DNA of 64,000 nt, from positions 774,274 through 838,273 of the forward strand of contig NW_015164664.1 of assembly GCF_001447785.1 (NCBI RefSeq). The letters run 5' to 3'. This DNA is from Gekko japonicus (taxonomy: Eukaryota). The translations under genes and the position numbers were made by a program. This document shows positions 12,901 to 26,275 of the stretch, one piece after another. The notes beneath the pieces were generated by a model. That model worked only from the letters and a program-made list of their open reading frames with translations. It was not told where the DNA came from and did no database searches. How positions within the stretch are numbered: position 1 is the stretch's first letter; every line of letters starts with the position of its first letter.

Positions 12901-13454
12901 GGTTGCTAATCTCAAGGTGGTGGCTGGAGATTTCTCACTCTTACAACTGATCTCCAGGTAACAGAGATCAGTTCGCCTGTAGAAAACTGTGGCTTTGGAA
13001 GGTGGACTCAATGGCATTATACCCCATTGAAGTCCTTCCCCTCCCCAAATCCCACCCTCCTCAGGCTCCACCCCCAAATCTCCAGGTATTTCCCAATGCA
13101 GAGCTGGCAACCCTAATAATAGCAGCAGCTGTGCCTTGAGACCAGGAACTCTTGAATACTGCCACGACTTCATTCAGAGGAGACTAAACTAGGAGGAGAA
13201 GGCTACAGACCCATGGAACACTCATCCAGTCTTGCATTCTTTGTCTCCATTCTCAGGTGTTACAGATTCTGGAGCGGGTCCAAAGAAGATACCAACCAGG
13301 CCACACCAATAATGCCCTGGTCATGGAGGGCAAGGAAGAGCAGCAGACCCTGTGCAGAGCCTTCCTCAGCAATGATGCTCATGTTCAGGGAAACTCACCA
13401 ACATCATATACCAACAAAGCATTCTGTACTGATGAAGGAGGTGCCCCTCAGTGA
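3302..13454 (+). CDS. Gene A: 873-aa multi-pass membrane protein, 3x GPR1/FUN34/YaaH (SatP)-like repeats plus C-terminal Sua5/YrdC-like domain (9 coding exons)
   Basis: Manually spliced exons 3302-3347, 4009-4122, 4914-6602, 7698-7797, 8501-8649, 8819-8931, 9526-9615, 11297-11419, 13257-13454. All introns are GT-AG and phase-compatible; total 2622 nt with no internal stop seen. YrdC motifs: GVCGIPTDTVY, AIRIP, TSANPTG, ASTVVD. Confidence 0.88.
4009..4122 (+). CDS. Gene A exon 2
   Basis: ttcctcccttccag acceptor; SLLLAVHFYSSAGPTPLIPSSALGVLLLLLSLLLAYA; G|GTGAGA donor; phase 1-1. Confidence 0.8.
4914..6602 (+). CDS. Gene A exon 3 (bulk of the membrane domain)
   Basis: Lies within the 586-aa ORF 4886-6646; acceptor cag at 4911-4913, donor G|GTAAGG; highly hydrophobic, with SatP-like repeats. 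Confidence 0.93.
7063..7329 (+). mobile_element. Non-autonomous hAT-like MITE (CAGGGGTC...GACCTCTG family) in gene A intron 3
   Basis: Imperfect TIRs; near-identical inverted copy at 34031-34476; partial copies near 23627 and 38526. Confidence 0.7.
7698..7797 (+). CDS. Gene A exon 4 (start of YrdC domain)
   Basis: tttcag|AG: EIMKKGGVCGIPTDTVYVLAAACCQPDAVEKAY; AA|GTAAGG donor. Confidence 0.92.
7929..8090. repeat. Palindromic MITE (perfect ~64-bp arms) in gene A intron 4
   Basis: 7938-8001 is the reverse complement of 8019-8082, separated by a 17-nt loop. Confidence 0.85.
8501..8649 (+). CDS. Gene A exon 5
   Basis: ccctag|C: TKHQAQDRPMSLWISSLKQLEPAKHLFSPVLWDFMDAAWPSPISLVIPR-G; donor GTTAGA. 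Confidence 0.88.
8819..8931 (+). CDS. Gene A exon 6
   Basis: tgtag|GT: EWVDYLGMKDSAKYVGTPQSVAIRIPDCSVTTHLIDL; donor GTGAGC. Confidence 0.9.
9526..9615 (+). CDS. Gene A exon 7
   Basis: ttcag|: VGPITVTSANPTGEADTTHHNQVYAKLGDK; donor GTAAAC. Confidence 0.92.
9628..10397 (+). mobile_element. hAT-type non-autonomous element
   Basis: Degenerate left TIR, right TIR gttcgacacccctg; 3' part shared with 12270-12367. Confidence 0.65.
11297..11419 (+). CDS. Gene A exon 8
   Basis: ttctag|: VDAVLCDGPSPENIASTVVDCTKIGSGHIGFFRVGLVPKSQ; donor GTCAGC. Confidence 0.9.
11766..12367 (+). mobile_element. hAT-type non-autonomous element (CAGGGGTGTCAAAC TIR)
   Basis: TIR caggggtgtcaaac / gttcaacacccctg; 8-bp TSD gcttagag/gcttacag; related copy at 9628-10397. 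Confidence 0.75.
12899..13114. mobile_element. MITE with AGGGTTGC/GCAACCCT termini; family copies at ~27512-27720, 33309-33520, 57240-57449, 63696-63895
   Basis: Terminal inverted repeats and a shared core (acaactgatctccag...ctggagaaaatggctg...ggagggtggact). Confidence 0.7.
13257..13454 (+). CDS. Gene A exon 9 (terminal coding exon)
   Basis: ttctcag|: VLQILERVQRRYQPGHTNNAL...YTNKAFCTDEGGAPQ*; its start aligns with the gene B tail VMQIFEKVK. Confidence 0.85.
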   Translation: MLQILERVQRRYQPGHTNNALVMEGKEEQQTLCRAFLSNDAHVQGNSPTSYTNKAFCTDEGGAPQ

Positions 13455-14323
13455 GCAAAACTAGTCCAGATGTAAAAATGAGTTTGTTCTCAAACCAGGC
13501 CCTAAGGCCCATTTTGTTCATTGAAGAAAGTCCAATTGCACTTTGAATATAGGCTTCTGAAGTAAGATAGCTGTTGCCCCAATGACTGCAGCTCCCTCCT
13601 TTCAGCTGCCTGCTCAGCAGATGGGGGGGGGGGACAAACATCTGTTAACCAGGAGAGTGTCCTGGCCTGGAAGTGGAAGCTGGATCATCACCAGTTGAGA
13701 TCTCATGACAGCTACTCTGGGGCTTTCTTTTCAGCCTCAGTTCTCAATCTGTAAATAGTATTAGTGACTCACCTGGCAGGGCTCTTGTGATATTATGGGG
13801 AATGTTTCCAACATTCATAATATCATATGGATATTTAAATATTAATGAGCTATATATAGTTGTTTTGGGTTGCATTCCAAAACTGTTGTCCTTTTCTTAT
13901 AACTTTTAAAAACACATATTTCTTATATACAAGATTCTCTTATCTAAATTATTTTGTGTCCTTTAAAAAAAAAAACAACACTCCTAAGTTAAATACTGCG
14001 AATGCTGATTTTTTGATTATTTGGTACAGGGAGCCTGTGATCTCTTGTAACATCAGTTTCCCCCCCTCATAATTTTATTCAGATTCTTTTCTTCTTGTGT
14101 TATTCACTGTGTTATTCAGTAGACCTGTTTAAAGAAGAGGAGGCTGCTTACCTGACAGGTCATTAGGGGGTCCCACATCTTTGCAGAAAGAATGAAGTCC
14201 TGCAAACAGAGACCATTTTCTGTAATTGCCTAATACCTGTGATTCCACGCATATTCATTTTGAAGTTCTGTTGGAATTAATGGGATTTGTTTCTAAGGGT
14301 ACTCTGGAATCAATAGCTAAAAT

Positions 14324-14716
14324 CAGGGCTCTTTTTGTAGAAAAAGTCCAGGAACTCATTAGCATAATAGGCCACACCCAACACCAGAAACTCATTAGCA
14401 TATTAGGCCACACCCCTGACAGCACAGCTCATTAGCACATTAGGACGCACCCCCATGTTACCAGAAGTGTGGTTATCCAGCCACACCCACCTTTTGCTTG
14501 TTATTCTGTTTACCTTGTTTGTTGTCAAAACCCTGGGCTTTTTTTGTACCAGGAACTCCTTTGCATGTTAGGCCACACACCCCTAATGAAGCCAATCCTA
14601 ATGGGTTTCTGCTGTTGGGTGTGGCCTATTATGCTAATGAGTTCCTGCTGGGCGTGGCCAACTTGTGAGCCAGCTGGAACTCCGTTCCTGTGCGTTCCTG
14701 CCCAAAAATAGCCCTG
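14324..14716 (+). mobile_element. hAT-like MITE, CAGGGCT family (composite)
   Basis: Same termini, degenerate TSD gctaaaat/agtaaaat; its first ~260 nt are nearly identical to 30649-30905. Confidence 0.75.
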
Positions 14717-15870
14717 AGTAAAATAGTGACAGGTGAGTTCTCTGAGGAGTGCCTCCTCCTGTCCATTCCTCACATTCTTCACCTGATTAGGCCTTGCTTA
14801 GAGTTCCCTTGTCATGTAGTTGAAGAGTGCCACATCTTGGGCCTTATGGCTACTGCCACTGCCCACCCACTCAGGGGACAGAGGGATGAATGCTTCTTCT
14901 CACCTCCACCGCCTCTCGAACTACTGCAGCAAGCCGGCATATGGAGGACTTCGCAAATTCTCACAAGATTTGTTCTCCTCTGATGATTATGTCCAAAGTC
15001 TTGCAAGTGGAAATGATCCTCAAGAGAATTTAGGAAGCCCTATGGGGCATGTGGTTTGGGGGGAGGGGAGATTATGCTCCTCTGGGTCCTGAGCAGAAGG
15101 GAAGTGCGTGGCAAGGGTGGGGATGGCAGGGGTGGAGGTTGCCACCCTTCCCATTCCACAGCCTGAGGAGACCCAGCACCCTTGGTATGTCTAGCAAGCT
15201 CTCTTGTAAACTTCTAAGGACAGGCTTGACACTTCCTCCTTAGGAAGGCTAATGGACTGTTAGGCTACCTGGAATTCTGCTTTACTCTCTTATCAGTTTG
15301 TTCTTGTTTCTGCTTCCCATTGATAAATTATCATATTAACTTTACTGCATTGTGTTTTTCTAGTTTGGGAACTGAGAACTTGCCTCTCATGTCTGAGGCT
15401 CCACTACATATTACAATAGGGATGCCAGCCTTCGGGTGGGACCTGGAGATTTCCTGGAATTACAGCTTATCTCCATATTTAAATATATACAATCACCTAT
15501 ATGAAACAGTCCCGGCTAGGTAACACTGAGGGTGCCCGAGGGCAGCAGCTGGGTCAGGTGGAGAGGCCAATTTAGGCCACTTTGTTTTTTCACACGAGTA
15601 TATAAATGCAATATAATCTGCTTTCTCTGGCTGATCAACATTCAGCGCATTTGCATCAAACAGCGCAAAGAAGAAAGGAGGATCAGCTGGCACTCTTGGA
15701 GGGAGATCTCCTCAGCCCAGAGTCCTGCTTTAAAGGGAGTAGGAGGAGGGTTGCTCTTCAAGTGTGCTTGGCTTCCTAGAGGGGTTGCCAGCTTTCAGTT
15801 GGGGCCTAGAGCCTTCCCATAATTACAACTAGGGTTGCCAGCTCCAGGTTGTGAAACACCTGGAGCTTTT

Positions 15871-16105
15871 NNNNNNNNNNNNNNNNNNNNNNNNNNNNNN
15901 NNNNNNNNNNNNNNNNNNNNNNNNNNNNNNNNNNNNNNNNNNNNNNNNNNNNNNNNNNNNNNNNNNNNNNNNNNNNNNNNNNNNNNNNNNNNNNNNNNNN
16001 NNNNNNNNNNNNNNNNNNNNNNNNNNNNNNNNNNNNNNNNNNNNNNNNNNNNNNNNNNNNNNNNNNNNNNNNNNNNNNNNNNNNNNNNNNNNNNNNNNNN
16101 NNNNN
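15871..16105. other. Assembly gap (N run)
   Basis: 235 N. Confidence 0.99.
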
Positions 16106-16270
16106 GTATAGTGGTTAAGTGAGCAGACTCTAATATGGGAGAACCGGGTCTGATTCCCCACTCCTCCACTTGCAGCTGCTGGATGACCTTGGGCAAGCCA
16201 TAGTTCTGGCACAGCTGTCCTTGAAAGGGCAGTTCTTGAAAGAGCTCTCTCAGCCTCACCCACCTCACAG

Positions 16271-16477
16271 GCAATGTTCCCCCTAAGCTGTGGAGTCTTG
16301 CAAGCAAAAATTCTACTCTGTGAGCTACTGGCATTAAAGTTGTGAGCGAGTGATTTGGCTGCTGCATAAATTAGTTTGCTCTGGAGCCATCCTTCCTGAG
16401 CTAAGACAAAAATGTGTGAGCTGGAGGCTAAAAAACTGTGAGCTAGCTCACACTAACTCATCTTAGAGGGAACACTG
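16271..16477. mobile_element. MITE with GTTCCCYCTAAG TIR nested in a SINE-like repeat; inverted copy at 40383-40590
   Basis: gcaatgttccccctaag ... cttagagggaacactgc; the sequence matches 40383-40590 in reverse. Confidence 0.7.
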
Positions 16478-16572
16478 CTCACAGGGTGTCTGTGGTGGGG
16501 AGGGGAAGGGAAAGGAGTTGTAAGCTGCTCTGAGACGCCTTTGGGTAGTGAAGGGCGGGGTATAAAGCCAAT

Positions 16573-16742
16573 NNNNNNNNNNNNNNNNNNNNNNNNNNNN
16601 NNNNNNNNNNNNNNNNNNNNNNNNNNNNNNNNNNNNNNNNNNNNNNNNNNNNNNNNNNNNNNNNNNNNNNNNNNNNNNNNNNNNNNNNNNNNNNNNNNNN
16701 NNNNNNNNNNNNNNNNNNNNNNNNNNNNNNNNNNNNNNNNNN
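16573..16742. other. Assembly gap (N run)
   Basis: 170 N. Confidence 0.99.
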
Positions 16743-18989
16743 TCCAAAGCGGCCATTCTCTCCAGGTGAACTGATCTCTGTTGAATTGACTTTGAATTCA
16801 GTCCATTTAAGAACTGACTCAACTTTCAATAAAATTTGCTGCAGATTATCCAGCAGCATATATTAAACTTTAATAGAGGCATAAATTCCCAAACATTTAA
16901 AACTGGCTGTTTGCCATTTAGATCCTGTGAGCAAAGTAATCTCTTTTTGTTTCCTCTTTGTTGAAACTCATCAGGACTGATTTTTAAAAAAAGATTAAAT
17001 AAGTTTTAATCTCTTGTTATTCTCCAGTGCATCATTCATAGATGCTATTTTTAAAAAAGTAGAAGTTAAATTGGGTTTTTCTGCCACTCCCCACCCCCTT
17101 TTTGGGCATAATGCATTGTCAAAAAGCACATGGATTACTTCAATTTAAAGTTCTCAGTCTACACTTTTAGTAGCCATCAGCACAGATAAACATAAAATAC
17201 ACAAAGATTAGGTCAAAAGAGAAAGAAGCATAGCTGAATTAAAACAGAAGTAAACGTAGATCTGGAGCTCTACTAGGATGACATGAACATAGGAACTGCC
17301 TTGCTGAATTTTCAACCATGGCCGGGCCAGGCCAGTGCCTCGAAAAGTCCACAAGCATATCATGAAGGCAGTAAACTTCTCATTTGTCCCCAACATTTGG
17401 TAGTCAAAGGTGGTTTCTGATCGTATACCCTGAACCTGCTGGTTGGTAAATTACTTTATCATACATATCATTTGAATGCAGTGAAATTACTGGGAGGGGA
17501 TACAGGAAAGACTAGGAAACAAATGTTAGTCATACATCCAGGGCTCTTTTTGTAGCAGGAACTCCTTAGCATATTAGGCGACACACCCCTAATATACAAA
17601 GGAGTTCCTGCGACAACAAAAGCCCTGAATTCTGTGCTTTTCTTCAGAAGATAATGACAGTTCTGTTATCTGTATACACTGCAAAGACATCAGAGTTAAG
17701 GTCATGTTATTACCACCTTAGTTTGCACTAGCTATTCTTGTTTGTTCCTTCTTTGTTTTATAGAGAACTGTGATCTCAGATTTTAATTCTTCTGTAAACT
17801 TCTCAAACAACTGTCAGAAATCAATACTGGTACATTTTGAAATACATAAATTAATCCTGAGAGAATCACCATTTTTAGGGATATAATTTTTCCCCAAAGG
17901 GGAAAATGTAAATAAGTCAAGAGCTATAGTTTCTTTTTAAAGTATCATCTACTACAGAAACACTGTTAAGTTCATGAAGAACTTGGTTATTTTTAGGTAC
18001 TACTATTCTGAAATATCTATTATTTCCCTCATATTTCACTTGCTGAAATAAGCAGTCAAGAGGTAAATCATGGGAATTTATACTATATAGAAACATTTCA
18101 GATTTTACTCTGTTCAGTTTGTGACCTGCAATATTCCATATGAACATCCATAAGCACTTTGCTAGAGCTGACTATAGCAGCTAAAAAGATCACCACATCA
18201 CCTGCATAAAGGCTTGAGTTTAACTGAACAGATTCCCAGTACCTTTCATTTCCTCCGACAGTCTCTTCCTAAAAGCTAGAGGTTCTAAAAAAATTACAAG
18301 TAGAAGAACAGAAAGGGGCATCCTTGCTGAGTACCCCTTTACAGCTCAAAGGTTTTTTTAAAAAGTGTGTCCATTAACACATAAGTGAACTGGTGCAGAC
18401 TGTTTCAATTCAGCCTGAAAGGAATCAACAAATCCGAATGCCTTCAAGCAAGAGAATTTTTTTCTCTCCAGTCTATCAAAAGCTTTCTCAGTATCAAGAA
18501 AAAAGCATAGCAGCCAGTGTTCCTTCTTTTTTAACATTCTTGAACAGCTATAAATGAATGCTTACAGTTCCTTGTCTATGTGGTATAACCCTGTGTTGAT
18601 CAAGATTCACATATTTACACAAATAGTAGGATTTAATCTGTTTGCTAAGACTGATGTTTAGATTTTATAAACCTGGTTCAGCAGATTTTTGGGATGATAG
18701 GAATTTACACTTGGAGGGGGTCTTTTCTAGCATTTAGGTAAACAAAAAGCATATGAAGATAATTGAATGCAGACAGCAGAGTTTTACTAACAGAGTGATC
18801 CCAGCTTTGATAGAATTCGTTGGTGACCCATTAGGACCTGGTGCTTTGTTACTTTTTAGTTCTTTTACAGTGGAAGAAAATTGGCAATTCCATGAATTTT
18901 ATATCTTCCTCTGATGGCTTTGGAATTGCTGAATATTTGGTCTATGATCATTCTAAGAAAAATATTATTCAAGATCAGCAGAATGTATA

Positions 18990-20490
<1,501 letters not shown>

Positions 20491-21004
20491 TTATAGCATC
20501 CTAATTTGGATTTTCTGAGATATACAGTTTTTGTAATATTTCATAAATTCTTGGATTATCTGGGAAGAGTCAGCTGTCATGAAGTTGTCTCACCTTCTGA
20601 TGGCACTAATCATTTCTCTGTTTAGGATTGCCCTGGAAATCTCTCCATTGTATAAAACATATATTTATATATTTTCTGTGCTTGTGTAGCTTTCAGCTTC
20701 TGACTCTCTGTCTTTGAGAGTGTTTATAGATTGATCTAACTTATGCTGAACATATTTGTTTTCATGACATTCCCTTTTAATTTCTTCTTTTTGATTATGT
20801 ATAAAGTTTGCAATACTCTCCTTATATAGACTTCCCTTGGTTCTCAGACAGTATTGTCAGAAAACTAGATATCAGCCCTTTCTTCCATGAATATATATAA
20901 TTTAAAAGTAATTCAAAGAAGAGGGGGGACCCTGCACCAACAGGCTGAAGTATATTATACCTAGATTTTCTACAACACATGATTGACGTAAACATGAATA
21001 ACCC

Positions 21005-23030
21005 ATTTTTATTATTTTATTGGAAAACTGCACAAAAATAGTATATTATAGCAATGCAAAATCTAGAACAAGAAAAAAGAATTCAATAGTATATTTACAT
21101 GTACAGTTATAAAACTTGAGAGGGAGCTAGGTAAAGGTAAAGGTTCCCTTGCTCGAAAGCTAGTTGAATCCGACTTTAGGGTTGCGGTGCTCATCTCTGT
21201 TTCAAAGCCGAAGAGCCAGCACTGTCTGAAGACATTTTTGTGGTCATGTGGCCGGCATGACTAAACACTAAGGTGCACAGAACGCTGTTACCTTCCCACC
21301 GAAGTGGTACCTATTTATCTACTTGCAATTTCTTGCTTTCGAACTGCTAGGTTGGCAGGAGCTGGAACTAGAGATGGGAGCTCACTCCGTCATGTCGCAC
21401 ACTTGGGTCTCGAACTGTTGAACTACCGACCTTCCACAGCCTGCAGTTCAGCGTCTTAACCACTTGAGCCACTGCAGAGAGGGAGCTACCAGGAGGTTAA
21501 TTATTGAAAACCACAACTGTTAGAAAGAACCAAAACCCAACAAACAAAAAGGAAAAATGAGAGGAGGAGGAAAGAAGTTAATGGGCCAATATAAATTAGC
21601 TAGTTAGCACAACAAGACATCTATGTAGAAACATTACCAAAACCAAAAAGTTAAATAGTTAGAGGAGAGAGGGTTTGTATCATGTTGGGAGACCTAGTCT
21701 GGATATTTTTCATTGTTAGAAATTCCGAAAGGGTCCTGTACCATGCTTTGAGAGAAGGAAGGGAGGGTTTTTTCCATGAAAAAGCTATTACTGACCTGGC
21801 AGCAGCACATAGTACTATAATCAAATCTTTCCGTACAGGGGAAATATGAAAGGCATCCCGCATATTTAATAACATCAACTCAACATGAAGAGAGTATCCT
21901 GTGATGATATAGATTTGGTCTCTGTTGGTATTCCAGAATTTATGGATTAGGGGACAATACCACCAACAGTGCAAAAAAGAGCCAGGTGCACTGCATTTCT
22001 AACAGAGAGGGGAATAGAAAGGATTTATGTGGTATAGTTTTGTATGAGTGAAATACCAGCAGGCCATGCTTTTTTAAAAAATGGGTTTTAATATTAATCA
22101 CCTTATTAGACTGGTTAATATTGGACCACCAAATAGTCTTCCAACGAGCTTCAGTTATATGGTTAAATCCATCCCTGTGCCACATTTTCGTGTAGGAAGA
22201 GAGAGTCCTTCTAAAGAAATCAAAATTTTATATAAAATAGAAATTAACCCATGGGAACCTGCATGTTCTTGTAGAAGTAAGAGTTCAGAGTCAGTAAAAT
22301 AAGTGAATAACCCATGTTAATGGTAGCAGGAGAAATAAATACTGTCTCTGTTCCAGTAAAATCAGTGCAAAACATTGTAACACTTAATGGGATTGCAGCT
22401 ATTAACCATTTTTAACTTGATCACTGAGACATATTCAATGTTTGAAGAAATGTGCATGCACATGAAAGCTTATACCTTGAATAAAACTTCGTTAGCCTTG
22501 AAGGTGTCACTGGACTCAAACTTTGTTGTACAATTCATACTGTTAGCATATGGATTCATAGCTGACTAACCATGCAGGAAGCTGCTAGCACATAAAATCC
22601 CAACTGTTCCTCTTGGGTCACATGCCCTGAGGCCTCAGGTCCATGTGGTACTGTTATCACATATATAACATATATCTTTTAAATGCAATGAAGTTACTGG
22701 AACAGGGAAAGACATGAAAATGAAAGAGAAACATACTCGTTATCACGAGACATGAAAATGAAAGAGAAACATACTCATTATCACATATCACATATATCAT
22801 GTATATCTTTTAAATATGGTAAAGTTACTGGAACTGGAAAAGACACAAAAATGAAACTGAAACACACTTGTGCATTTCCCAGTTATCTTTATATGTTTCA
22901 AAGAAATTGGACTTAAGGTCCTATTATTACCGAAATCTATTTTTAATTATAACTGCTATTCTTTGGCTTCCTTGTTTATTTTATAAACAACAGTGATCTC
23001 ACATTTTCAGGTTACCTCCATTGCTGAGTC
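21005..23030 (-). mobile_element. 3' part of a second decayed L1 (ORF2 C-terminus and 3'UTR); boundaries approximate
   Basis: ORF 21651-21974 HCWWYCPLIHKFW...LCAAARSVIAFSWK...PSLKAW is the typical L1 ORF2 C-terminal Cys-rich region. T-rich end near 21005; 22670-23000 resembles 17460-17790. Confidence 0.75.
21130..21476 (-). mobile_element. Sauria SINE, full length
   Basis: (AAAGGT)n tail at left, tRNA-like head at right; perfect 12-bp TSD gagagggagcta (21118-21129 / 21477-21488). Confidence 0.9.
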
Positions 23031-23709
23031 AAGTGTTTGTTCTGAAGAAATGGATTAGGAATATCAAACAAGACCCCCTTAGACATGTTTCACTGTGTTC
23101 AGGAGAGAAATAGCCTTTTATTGTTGCTTTTATGTACTGAATTATTTTTGTGTCTTTGTAAGTATTTTAGCTCTTGTTTTAATTGTTTTAATAATGTGGG
23201 TTGGTTTTTGTTTTTAATAATTTTATTATATATGTTTTAATTTGTTAACCACCTTAATGGCCCTTGTGAGGGTAGAAAGCCATGATATAAATGTTGTAAA
23301 ATAAATAAATAAATACATACATACAAATTAGTAGCCTGCCATGTAGAAAGAGGCAACTGAAGGAAGTTATACTAAAACTGGGTGCCAGGTAAATTACAGC
23401 AAATTACAGAACATTAGATAAAGCAGTGAAAACTCTCAAAGATGGGAACTGTTATAATTTTTAGCCTGAATGAACAATACCTTAAATAATTTTTTAATTT
23501 AATTATAAAAAACAGACATAAACATCAAATGCATACCCCACTCCCCATATAGAAAAACAACCTACAGTATATACATAACAACAACAAAAAAGAGAGAAAG
23601 AGGGGGGAAAGGAAAAGTGAAAAACAAGCAGAGGTCATTTCGGGGGGATCGTGGGGGATCGCAGTTCCCCCGGGTGAGGTACGGGGGGCGGGGCACATGA
23701 CGAAGCCCC

Positions 23710-23861
23710 NNNNNNNNNNNNNNNNNNNNNNNNNNNNNNNNNNNNNNNNNNNNNNNNNNNNNNNNNNNNNNNNNNNNNNNNNNNNNNNNNNNNNNNNNNN
23801 NNNNNNNNNNNNNNNNNNNNNNNNNNNNNNNNNNNNNNNNNNNNNNNNNNNNNNNNNNNNN
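23710..23861. other. Assembly gap (N run)
   Basis: 152 N within a GC-rich MITE. Confidence 0.99.
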
Positions 23862-25938
23862 GCATTAGCCACGCTACAGAGGCGGAAGATAGGCGGATTT
23901 TCCGGGCGCGATCACACCGCAACATCTGGGAAGCGTAGCGCTCCCGTGGTGAACCCGAGGCTTCCCGCCGAAGATGCGGCTTAAAAAACTAGTACCTCCG
24001 AGGTACTAGTTTCCGGAAACCGCGGGGCAAGGGCGGGCGTCTGATTGCGTTTCCGGTTCACACGTTTTTTGTCTCCGCTCAGGAAGGAGGGCTCCAGAGC
24101 AAACTGTTTGCTGCAGCAGCCAAATGGCTCGCTCACCACTTTAATGCCAGGAGCTCACCGGATTTTTGCTCGCAAGACTCTGCAGCTTAGAGAGCGCATT
24201 GGTGGCCACCCTAGGATGGCCCTCCCTCCCTCCCACGGTGCATGGCTTACTTCTAAGGAGACCTGGGGGGGCTTTTCAGCTGCTGCACCGCTTCTCCCGG
24301 CTGTTGCTTATCCTTCCCTGTTTGCCCTTCCCTGTTTGCCCTTCCCCCCTCCCCGGACACGCATGTGCGCGCGCAGAGCCCCTTCCTCTTTTCCGTACTC
24401 CCCCCACTCCTGGCTCGGCCTGCTCGAAAAGAACTCTCTGCACCGAGCGTCAGAGGGGGAGGTGCAGGGGGGCATTTGCATTCCTCTGCAGCCCTGGAAG
24501 GGGTTAAACCCACAGAGCCTTTTGCTGGAGAGGCCGCTTCTTTGCCGCGTCGCAGGATTGTGGTGTGATCGGCACCTCCCCCCTAACCATGGGACCTCGA
24601 CGGGACCTTGATGGTACGTCTGATTGCGCAGCCGCACGTTATTTTGCTCCGGGGCAAACGGCCACACTCCCCGCCGCATTTTCCAGCCCGTGTGACCAGA
24701 GCCAAACTTTCCTTCCTGAAATAACAATACCGATCAGCTAACAGCTGCCTTGCTGAAAGCTATGGCACACAGGTGCCTTCATCTGCCCCAAGTGCAGAAG
24801 TCATGCCATTGCCTGCAGGACCCACTGGCAATGACCAGCGGGGAGGTCATTATAGGTTTGCCAGGTCTCCTGCTGTGTCAGGAGATCTCCCAGCAGCTTT
24901 ATGAATCTCTGGAAACTCTGGTTTTACAATGGAGTGTCCATCGATTCTTAGAGTGATGCAGCATCATTTCTATCTGTTCATCTTTATTGTAGCCCATGAG
25001 TCATATAGAAGCAGAACAAACACTGCTAATTAATTACCTAAAATTATATCTCTACATATCATTCAACCCAGGATCTCAGACAATGAAAGGAGTTATCAGA
25101 ATAAATTATAAAGACATTATTTCAGCCCATATTTTCACAGCACAGGTCAGAAACTTGTACAGTGAGTCTTTAGGTATTAACACAAAGCAGAAAAAAAAGG
25201 CCTTAAAAAAGAGAAAGGAATTGAGTATGCAAATATGACCTTCTGATGTCTTTGGTTTCCCCCAAAAGTGATGCCACAGTGCACAAGATGCTGATGGCCC
25301 CCCATGTTCTCCCCCCCCTCCAAGCTCCTGGCAGCCATAATTCTGAAGGATTTGGAGAGTTCCACAAACTCTCAAGGAAACAGTGGGTAAAAGAAGGCGG
25401 CTTGGTGTAGAAAGCACACTACACTTTAATCTCCAAGCTTCTTCTGCTGCTACCAGGGAGGAGATGTCTGGGTCAGGTTCTTTCCCTTTCAACTCTCCCC
25501 CCATCACCTGGGGAGTGGTGGTGAGATTTTCGCCTCCCATGAATCTTGCAGGTCCTCCAGTTATAATTTGTGATAATAATTTTGTCACATGGAGTCTCTG
25601 TGCCAACTGGCAGTCAGCAGAACAGCTGGATGAACTCCCCCTGAGAAGGGCAACCAACTGCCTGCATACATCCCTTCGATGGGGCTTGGTGACCCTCCTC
25701 CGACCCCTTAGCGATGACTCTTTGCCACAGAGCTTTCCAAAATTCTCATCCCTGTGTCCATCACTCCAACACAATCTTCCCATCTAGTTTTTAACCCCAC
25801 CACTTTACATCCAAGTATTCCAACCCCCTTCATGTACCAGTGATGGGCTGCCCATGTCTGCCAGCTCTACGGGTTGAGCAATGTGGGACTTAAAGGAGGA
25901 AACTATGTTTTATTTAGGGTTCTTTATGCCTTCAATTA

Positions 25939-26275
25939 GGAGCTGCGGTGGCTCAAGTGGTTAAGACGCTGAACTGCAGGCTGTGGAAGGTTCAGCAGGT
26001 CGCACGAGTGTGCCGCATGACGGAGTGAGCTCCCATCTCTAGTTCCAGCTCCTGCCAACCTAGCAGTTCGAAAGCAAGAAATTGCAAGTAGATAAATAGG
26101 TACCACTTCAGTGGGAAGGTAACAGCGTTCCGTGCACCTTGGTGTTTAGTCATGCTGGCCACAGGACCACGGAAATGTCTTCGGACAGCGCTGGCTCTTC
26201 GGCTTTGAAATGGAGATGAGCACCACAACCCTAGAGTCGGATTCAACTGGCTTTCGAGCAAGGGAACATTTACCT
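25939..26275 (+). mobile_element. Sauria SINE, full length
   Basis: tRNA-like head ggtggctcaagtggttaagacgc; 16-bp TSD tttatgccYtcaatta (25923-25938 / 26276-26291). Confidence 0.9.

Noticed and set aside
15795-16859. ORFs containing X runs
   Set aside because: Artefacts of N gaps.
24045-24727. GC-rich ORFs of 113-188 aa
   Set aside because: Low-complexity, partly MITE-derived sequence with no recognisable motifs.
25106-25787. 225-aa and 134-aa opposing ORFs
   Set aside because: No recognisable domain or exon signals.
25939-26010. tRNA gene
   Set aside because: tRNA-derived head of a Sauria SINE; similar heads near 4250 and 16110 are also SINE parts.
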